Assembly: GCA_018062105.1 (NCBI GenBank)
Contig: JAGOSV010000001.1
Location: 18,346 to 82,345 of the forward strand
Length of the DNA stretch: 64,000 bases
Direction of reading: 5' to 3'
Origin: Sterolibacterium sp.
GTDB lineage: Bacteria > Pseudomonadota > Gammaproteobacteria > Burkholderiales > Rhodocyclaceae
Shown: positions 58,012 to 64,000 of the stretch, piece by piece
How the letters are laid out: every line of letters starts with the position of its first letter
How positions within the stretch are numbered: position 1 is the first letter of the stretch
Program-made: the position numbers and the translations under genes
The notes under the pieces: model-generated
What the model was told of the DNA's origin: nothing
The model's database searches: none
What the model saw: only the letters and a program-made list of their open reading frames with translations

Positions 58012-58767
58012 TCAATCTCCCCCGATGACTCCGGCCTGATTGACGGCGCGGTTATCCTGCCCGCTGGCGGTCGCGGTAGTTTTGTCGGTCTTTGCTTCAA
58101 TGCGGGTGTTGCCACCGATCTGGACATTGCCGTCGGTGGTGCGGCTGTTTCGGGCTGCATTGCCGCTGGTGTTGCTTTCGCGGCTCTGGAAGATACGGGC
58201 AGGCGCATCGGCATTGGCGACCTGGGCGCTCTGGCCTTCGGCAACCGTGAAGCTGCCAGCGCGGTTATCGAGAGAAATTTCACCATGATGAACCGCAACA
58301 TGCAGGCCGCTTTCCAGTACGGCGGTGTATTCCGTGCCACGGATGCCGATGGTGGCGGCGGGCGTTTTAACGGCGTAGTTGCTGCGCTGCAGCTTGCCGA
58401 TGGCACCGCTGACGGTACGGAAGCCGCCTTTGACCAGGCTGAAAAACCCCTTGTCATTGCCATCGCTCTTGCCAGGGCGGGTGACGACGTAGTGGTACTC
58501 ATCGATCCGGAATTGCGATTCTGGGCGCAGGCTGACCAGCGAATTGTCCGTAAAGCGAATTTCGGCACGACCATCCTTGCCGGTGATAGCGGTGTCTCCG
58601 GGTTGTAGTGTCGAGCCTTTTTGCAGGATGCGCGTCTTGCCATCCGGGGAGACTGCGGTGACGCTGCCGCTGGCTTCGAGCAGCACGCCTGCTCCTGTAG
58701 CCCGTGCGGCAGGAGCCAGCAGGCACAACAGGAGTAACAGGAAGGTCGGGAGAAAATTCGGTTTCAT
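58012..58767 (-). CDS. Secreted FecR-domain protein
   Basis: Signal peptide ending AARA; GDTAITG.DGRAEIRFTD.S.VSL, LVKGGFR, VKTPAATIGIRGT, V.HG.I. Confidence 0.82.
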   Translation of the reverse strand: MKPNFLPTFLLLLLCLLAPAARATGAGVLLEASGSVTAVSPDGKTRILQKGSTLQPGDTAITGKDGRAEIRFTDNSLVSLRPESQFRIDEYHYVVTRPGKSDGNDKGFFSLVKGGFRTVSGAIGKLQRSNYAVKTPAATIGIRGTEYTAVLESGLHVAVHHGEISLDNRAGSFTVAEGQSAQVANADAPARIFQSRESNTSGNAARNSRTTDGNVQIGGNTRIEAKTDKTTATASGQDNRAVNQAGVIGGD

Positions 58768-58832
58768 GGTGTGTTACATTTTTGTGGAGAAGGGGGCGAA
58801 TGCGTTTGCAGTGCATGTCTTGCAGTGCAGAC

Positions 58833-58862
58833 TTGAGTCACTCAGGACTTTGAGAATATAAT
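58833..58862 (+). promoter_or_regulatory. sigma70 promoter of rpsO-pnp
   Basis: TTGAGT-N18-TATAAT, 38 nt before the rpsO ATG. Confidence 0.6.
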
Positions 58863-58900
58863 CCGAAGCTTTCCAAGAAACCACATACAAGAGAACCCAG

Positions 58901-59170
58901 ATGGCAATTCCTACCGCCGATAAGGCCAAGATCGTCAGCGATTTTCAACGCGCCCAAGGAGATACCGGCTCACCGGAAGTCCAGATCGCGCTGCTCACGG
59001 CACGCATCAACGGCCTGACCGGCCACTTCAAGGCTCACCTGAAGGATCACCATTCGCGCCGTGGCCTGCTGAAGATGGTCAATCAGCGCCGTAAGCTGCT
59101 GGATTACCTGAAGCGCAAGAATGTCGATGGCTACCGCGAGATGCTGTCGCGCCTCAATCTGCGCAAGTAA
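58901..59170 (+). CDS. rpsO: 30S ribosomal protein S15
   Basis: [23 protein letters not shown]; 89 aa. Confidence 0.98.
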   Translation: MAIPTADKAKIVSDFQRAQGDTGSPEVQIALLTARINGLTGHFKAHLKDHHSRRGLLKMVNQRRKLLDYLKRKNVDGYREMLSRLNLRK

Positions 59171-59328
59171 TTTCGACGCCCGCACCGTGCGGTGTGTCGA
59201 ACGAAGGAACATGCCCCCAGGGATCGGGGTTGTTGCCGCCGTCGTCGTCAGGCGACGCGCTCCGGCACTGCTGTCTTCCTGGGATGCGTGACAAGGACGC
59301 CGGTCAGTCAGTCTTGGCTGTGCCGGCT

Positions 59329-59372
59329 TTGTCGTTTCTGGTGGCTGCTTTCAGTAATGCCAGAAATGACGG
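59329..59372 (+). promoter_or_regulatory. Stem-loop in the pnp leader, candidate RNase III / autoregulation structure
   Basis: GTCGTTTCTGGT pairs with GCCAGAAATGAC (12 bp including two G-U). Role inferred from the known RNase III-dependent control of pnp. Confidence 0.5.
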
Positions 59373-59456
59373 ATGGAACGAAGGGCATGGGGTTTCCTGC
59401 CGATGTGCTGCTGACGAAGCGGGTCTCTGCCTTGTTGATGATGAAAGGATAATATT

Positions 59457-61571
59457 GTGCTCGAACTGAAACCCACTCAGAAAACATTTAACTACGGTGC
59501 TCATACCGTCACCCTGGAAACCGGCGAAATCGCCCGTCAGGCGGGTGGTGCCGTGGTGGTTAATATGGATGACACCGTGGTGCTGGCGACGGTGGTTGCC
59601 CGCTCCGAAGCCAAGCCTGGGCAGGATTTCTTCCCGCTGACGGTGGATTACGTCGAGAAAGTTTATGCCGCCGGCCGTATCCCTGGTGGCTTCTTCAAAC
59701 GTGAAGGCCGTCCTTCCGAAAAGGAAACCCTGACCTCGCGCCTCATCGACCGGCCGATTCGTCCGCTGTTTCCTGAAGGCTTCATGAATGAAGTCCAGGT
59801 GATCGTCACGGTCGTGTCGAGCAACCCGGAAGTCGATCCGGATATTCCCGCCATGATTGGCGCCTCTGCTGCCTTGGCCATTTCCGGTGTGCCGTTTGCC
59901 GGCCCGATCGGGGCAGCCCGTGTGGGGTACCTCAACGGCCAGTATGTCCTGTGCCCAACCCTGTCGCAGCTCAAGGAAAGCCAGATGAACCTGGTGGTGG
60001 CTGGCACGGCAGCGGCGGTGCTGATGGTCGAGTCGGAAGCCCAGCAATTGTCCGAAGAAGTGATGCTGGGTGCCGTGGTGTATGGCCATGAGCAGATGCA
60101 GGCAGCCATCAATGCCATCAATGAGCTGGTCGAAGTTGCCGGCAAGCCGGAGTGGGACTGGCAGGCTCCGGCCAAGGATGAGGCACTGATTACGAAGATT
60201 GCCGAGCTGGGCGAGGCCGATCTGCGCGAGGCTTATCGCATCACCCAGAAGCAGGCACGGGTGCAGAAGACGCGCGAAGTGGCTGCGCGCGTAGTGGCCG
60301 CGCTGTCCGGGGGTGAAAACGCAGCCGACGCCAATGTCGTCAAGAATCACCTGTTCGATCTCGAAGCCAAGATCGTTCGCAACCAGATACTCAACGGTGA
60401 GCCGCGCATCGATGGTCGCGATACGCGCACCGTGCGGCCGATCGCCATCCGCAACAGCGTGCTGCCGCGCACCCACGGTTCGGCCCTGTTTACCCGGGGT
60501 GAGACGCAGGCACTGGTGGTGGCCACACTGGGTACGGGGCGCGATGAGCAGATCATCGACGCGCTGCAGGGCGAATATCGTGACCGCTTCATGCTGCACT
60601 ACAACATGCCGCCGTTTGCTACTGGTGAAACTGGCCGGGTGGGCACCCCCAAGCGGCGCGAAGTCGGTCATGGTCGTCTGGCCAAGCGTGCCCTGGTGGC
60701 CGTGTTGCCGACGCCGGAAGAGTTTGGCTACAGCATCCGTGTGGTTTCGGAAATCACCGAGTCCAACGGCTCCAGTTCGATGGCTTCGGTTTGCGGTGGT
60801 TCGCTGGCATTGATGGATGCCGGCGTGCCGATGAAGGCGCATGTGGCCGGGATCGCCATGGGGCTCATCAAGGAGGGCAACCGTTTTGCCGTGCTGACGG
60901 ATATCCTCGGTGATGAGGATCATCTGGGTGACATGGACTTCAAGGTGGCTGGTACCGATGCTGGCATCACCGCCTTGCAGATGGATATCAAGATCCAGGG
61001 TATTACCAAGGAAATCATGCAGGTGGCACTGGCTCAGGCGCAGCAGGCTCGTCTGCACATCCTTGACCTGATGAAGCAATCGATGACGGGACACCGCGAG
61101 GAAGTGTCGAATTATGCGCCGCGCATGATTACCATGAAGATCAATCCGGAGAAGATCCGTGACGTGATCGGCAAGGGCGGTGCGGTGATCCGTGCGCTGA
61201 CGGAAGAGACCGGTGCGGTCATCGATATCGCGGATGATGGCACCATCACGATTTCCTCGGTCAATTCCGACGCGGCGCAGGCGGCCAAGAAGCGTATCGA
61301 GGACATCACGGCAGAGGTTGAAGTCGGCCGTATCTATGAAGGCACGGTGTTGCGCCTGCTGGATTTCGGTGCCATCGTCAGCCTGCTGCCCGGAAAGGAT
61401 GGGTTGCTGCACATTTCGCAGATTGCCAACGAGCGCGTCAATGCGGTATCGGATTATCTGAAGGAAGGCCAGATCGTCAAGGTCAAGGTCATCGAGACTG
61501 ATGACAAGGGACGGGTGCGTCTGTCCATGAAGGCCGCAGCACCGGAGCAGCCGGCACAGCCGGCACAGTAA
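59457..61571 (+). CDS. pnp: Polyribonucleotide nucleotidyltransferase (PNPase)
   Basis: [49 protein letters not shown] and S1 domains. Confidence 0.98.
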   Translation: MLELKPTQKTFNYGAHTVTLETGEIARQAGGAVVVNMDDTVVLATVVARSEAKPGQDFFPLTVDYVEKVYAAGRIPGGFFKREGRPSEKETLTSRLIDRPIRPLFPEGFMNEVQVIVTVVSSNPEVDPDIPAMIGASAALAISGVPFAGPIGAARVGYLNGQYVLCPTLSQLKESQMNLVVAGTAAAVLMVESEAQQLSEEVMLGAVVYGHEQMQAAINAINELVEVAGKPEWDWQAPAKDEALITKIAELGEADLREAYRITQKQARVQKTREVAARVVAALSGGENAADANVVKNHLFDLEAKIVRNQILNGEPRIDGRDTRTVRPIAIRNSVLPRTHGSALFTRGETQALVVATLGTGRDEQIIDALQGEYRDRFMLHYNMPPFATGETGRVGTPKRREVGHGRLAKRALVAVLPTPEEFGYSIRVVSEITESNGSSSMASVCGGSLALMDAGVPMKAHVAGIAMGLIKEGNRFAVLTDILGDEDHLGDMDFKVAGTDAGITALQMDIKIQGITKEIMQVALAQAQQARLHILDLMKQSMTGHREEVSNYAPRMITMKINPEKIRDVIGKGGAVIRALTEETGAVIDIADDGTITISSVNSDAAQAAKKRIEDITAEVEVGRIYEGTVLRLLDFGAIVSLLPGKDGLLHISQIANERVNAVSDYLKEGQIVKVKVIETDDKGRVRLSMKAAAPEQPAQPAQ

Positions 61572-61609
61572 GCAGCATCGCTGGCCACGCAGCAGGTGGC
61601 GCGGCAACA

Positions 61610-61643
61610 AACGAAAAAGGGTGCCTGGGCACCCTTTTTCGTT
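61610..61643. terminator. Bidirectional intrinsic terminator between pnp and dksA
   Basis: AACGAAAAAGGGTGCC-tg-GGCACCCTTTTTCGTT perfect inverted repeat with an A-run and a T-run. Confidence 0.88.
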
Positions 61644-61654
61644 ATGTATTTTTC

Positions 61655-61678
61655 GTTATGTAGTTATGTAGTTATGTA
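61655..61678. repeat. Octamer tandem repeat (GTTATGTA)x3, with one more copy at 61641
   Basis: Read directly. Confidence 0.88.
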
Positions 61679-61785
61679 TCTTCAAAAGCCAAAGGATCCG
61701 GCGAAAGACCGCCCGGACGATCAGGAAGCGGGTAGCGGGGCAGGGTGATGCCGAAAGGCGGCTGAAAAACCCTGGGGGTTGAAAC

Positions 61786-62148
61786 TTATTTGGCGGTCTG
61801 TTTTTCGCGCAGTTCTTCCAGGGTCTTGCAGTCGATGCACAATGTTGCCGTGGGGCGGGCTTCGAGACGTTTGACGCTGATGTCGATGCCGCAGTTGTCG
61901 CAGTAACCGTATTCACCGTTTTCGATGCGTTCTAGTGCTTCGTCGATTTTCTTGATCAGCTTGCGTTCGCGGTCGCGGTTACGCAGCTCCAGGGCGATGT
62001 CGGATTCCTGGCTGGCACGATCGTTCGGGTCAGCGAACACGGTGGCTTCTTCTTGCATGGTGTGCACGGTGCGCTCGACATCCCCCAGCAGCTCGTCCTT
62101 GAGTGCCTGGAGAATTTTCTGGAAATGTGCCAGTTGTTTGTTGTTCAT
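61786..62148 (-). CDS. dksA: RNA polymerase-binding transcription factor DksA
   Basis: ADPNDRASQE, RDRERKLIKKI, YGYCDNCG...RLEARP...CIDC. Confidence 0.96.
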   Translation of the reverse strand: MNNKQLAHFQKILQALKDELLGDVERTVHTMQEEATVFADPNDRASQESDIALELRNRDRERKLIKKIDEALERIENGEYGYCDNCGIDISVKRLEARPTATLCIDCKTLEELREKQTAK

Positions 62149-62326
62149 GATGGCCTGCCTGTTTTGATGATCAGTCGGGGTGATGAAGCCTTGGAATATC
62201 GTGCTGCGAAGCTGGCCAATTCATCGAGTATCGGGAGGGCTTTATAAACGAAATGCCTGCCTCCCGCAAGCAACTCCGGGCTGCTTCAGGGCTTTTGATG
62301 GTGCGTCCGGTGCCAAAAAATGGAGG

Positions 62327-64000
62327 TCATAGCACGACCTGTGAGCCCATTTCGACGACGCGGTTGGCCGGCAGCTTGAAGAAGTTGGCGGCACTGCTGG
62401 CGTTACGGAACATGGCGATGAAGAGCTTTTCGCGCCAGAAATTCATTTCGGAATTGACCCGGGCGATCAGGGTTTCGCGGCCGAGGAAGAATGAGGTGTC
62501 CATGATGTCGAAGTCCAGGCCTTGTTCGGCGCACCAGTCCAGGGCTTCGGGCAGGTCAGGGTCATCCATGAAGCCATAAAAGACTTTTACTCGCCAGAAT
62601 TGCCCGGGCAGGCGTTCGACGGTAACGCGCTGGGCATCGGCAACGCGCGGGATGTCGAGGACGTTGACAGCGACCAGAACCACCCGTTCGTGCAGCACTT
62701 TGTAGTGCTTGAGGCTGTGCAGCATGGCGTGTGGGACACCGCTCAAGTTGCCGGTCATGTAGACCGCTGTGCCTTCAACGCGTTGCAGATTGCTGTCATA
62801 GGCCAGGCTTTGGATGAAGGACAGCAGGTCGATGGCCTCTTCGGACAATCGTTTGCCCAGCAGATTGCGGCCACGTTTCCAGGTGGTCAGCAGCAGGAAC
62901 AGCACCGAACCAAAGGCCAGCGGGAACCAGCCGCCATCGGCAATCTTGACGGTACAGGCGGAAAACAGGGCGATATCGATGCACAGAAAGGGAATGGCAC
63001 CCAGCAGCGATTGCCAGGTATTCCATCCCCATAGTCCGCGCAGGATGAAAAATGCCAGCACGCTGGTGCTCAGCATGGTGCCGGTGACGGCGATACCGTA
63101 GGCTGCGGCGAGGTTGGTCGATGAGCCGAAGCCGATAACCAGGAAAACAACCGTGATCAGTAGCATCCAGTTAATGGCCGGCAGATAAATCTGGCCGATG
63201 GTGCTGTCCGATGTGTGGCGGATTTCAAGGCGCGGACAGTAGCCCAACTGGATGGCCTGCTGGGTGACGGAATAGGCACCGGAGATGACGGATTGTGAGG
63301 CGATCACTGTGGCGGCAGTGGCCAGGGCGACCAGTGGGTAGAGTGCCCATTCGGGCGCCAGGAGATAGAAGGGGTTTTCGATGGCTGCCGGATTGACTAG
63401 TAGCAGAGCACCTTGACCGAAATAATTGGTAATGAGTGCCGGCAGTACCAGAGCAAACCAGGCAGCCTGGATGGGAGGACGACCGAAGTGTCCCATGTCG
63501 GCGTACAGAGCTTCGGCTCCGGTCAGCGCCAGTACTACGGAGCCGAGCGAGAAAAAGCCTAGGGCCGGGTGGGTGTAGAGAAAGTTGATGCCATAGTAGG
63601 GATTCAGCGCCTGCATGACGGTCGGGTTTTGGTGGATGTTGGCAAGCCCCAGTATGGCCAGCGAGCAGAACCAGAGTGCCATGATCGGGCCAAACAGCCG
63701 ACCTATGGTCGCTGTGCCACGGCTCTGCATGATGAACAGGGTGATCAGTACTGTCAGGGTGATGGGGATGATGAAGGGTTTGAAGGTTGGGGTGATGATC
63801 GCGATCCCTTCGACGGCGGAGAGCACGGAAATGGCCGGGGTGACCACACCATCGCCATAAAACAGTGCGGCACCAAACAGACCGAGCGTGACGATCAGTT
63901 TGTGAGACCAGGAGTTTTCTGGTTGGTTACGTAGCGCAAGTGCCATCAACGCCATGATGCCGCCTTCTCCCTTGTTGTCGGCACGCATGATGAACGACAC
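62327..64000 (-). CDS. kup: Potassium transporter Kup, 5' end outside the window
   Basis: ADNKGEGG, YGDGVVTPAISVLSAVEG, TGAEALYADMGHFG, GQIYLP, AAYGIAVTGTM, SFFLGRE. Confidence 0.97.
   Translation of the reverse strand: MSFIMRADNKGEGGIMALMALALRNQPENSWSHKLIVTLGLFGAALFYGDGVVTPAISVLSAVEGIAIITPTFKPFIIPITLTVLITLFIMQSRGTATIGRLFGPIMALWFCSLAILGLANIHQNPTVMQALNPYYGINFLYTHPALGFFSLGSVVLALTGAEALYADMGHFGRPPIQAAWFALVLPALITNYFGQGALLLVNPAAIENPFYLLAPEWALYPLVALATAATVIASQSVISGAYSVTQQAIQLGYCPRLEIRHTSDSTIGQIYLPAINWMLLITVVFLVIGFGSSTNLAAAYGIAVTGTMLSTSVLAFFILRGLWGWNTWQSLLGAIPFLCIDIALFSACTVKIADGGWFPLAFGSVLFLLLTTWKRGRNLLGKRLSEEAIDLLSFIQSLAYDSNLQRVEGTAVYMTGNLSGVPHAMLHSLKHYKVLHERVVLVAVNVLDIPRVADAQRVTVERLPGQFWRVKVFYGFMDDPDLPEALDWCAEQGLDFDIMDTSFFLGRETLIARVNSEMNFWREKLFIAMFRNASSAANFFKLPANRVVEMGSQVVL

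Noticed and set aside
59304-61610. 768-aa ORF antisense to pnp, and similar long antisense ORFs over etfA, serA, parC, rimO and fumarase
   Set aside because: No recognisable motifs; each mirrors a conserved gene, as expected in high-GC DNA.

Overview
This is a GC-rich core-chromosome segment of a betaproteobacterium; gene content and order suggest Rhodocyclales/Sterolibacteriaceae (inference). In order it carries: acs (5'-truncated); cobU, a cobalamin riboswitch and cobT-cobS-cobC; an FAD-linked oxidase, rimO, phaR, two phaB and phaC; tRNA-Ser(GCT); murI, class I fumarase and an RND efflux pair; etfBA; earP-efp; rpoE-rseA-rseB-rseC, glutaredoxin-like, udg, uvrC and pgsA; radA; the gyrA-serC-serA-pheA-hisC-tyrA string running into fcl, gmd, a WecA-like transferase and an Sfp-type PPTase; a dual-receiver regulator, tag and a degenerate Pat-like acetyltransferase; a Doc-type toxin-antitoxin pair beside a broken serine recombinase; ugpB-like and ugpQ; parC; a FecR-domain protein; rpsO-pnp; dksA; and kup (5'-truncated). 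I see no CRISPR array, rRNA, intact transposase or prophage, and I cannot claim a proven new system. The best leads are: (i) a 118-bp MITE with CTAG ends carrying two dRS3-type ATTCCC-N8-GGGAAT units just upstream of radA; (ii) a PPTase translationally coupled to a polyprenyl-phosphate sugar-1-P transferase next to GDP-fucose genes; (iii) a CopB-like small DNA-binding ORF overlapping the earP start; (iv) a Pat-like GNAT lacking its phospho-His motif and most of its ATP-grasp domain, coupled to tag; (v) a decayed recombinase/TA island with a phased operator; (vi) a perfect 12-bp inverted repeat with outward-facing -10-like boxes between the RND genes and etfBA. Start codons were picked by eye and family calls come from motif recognition, not database searches.
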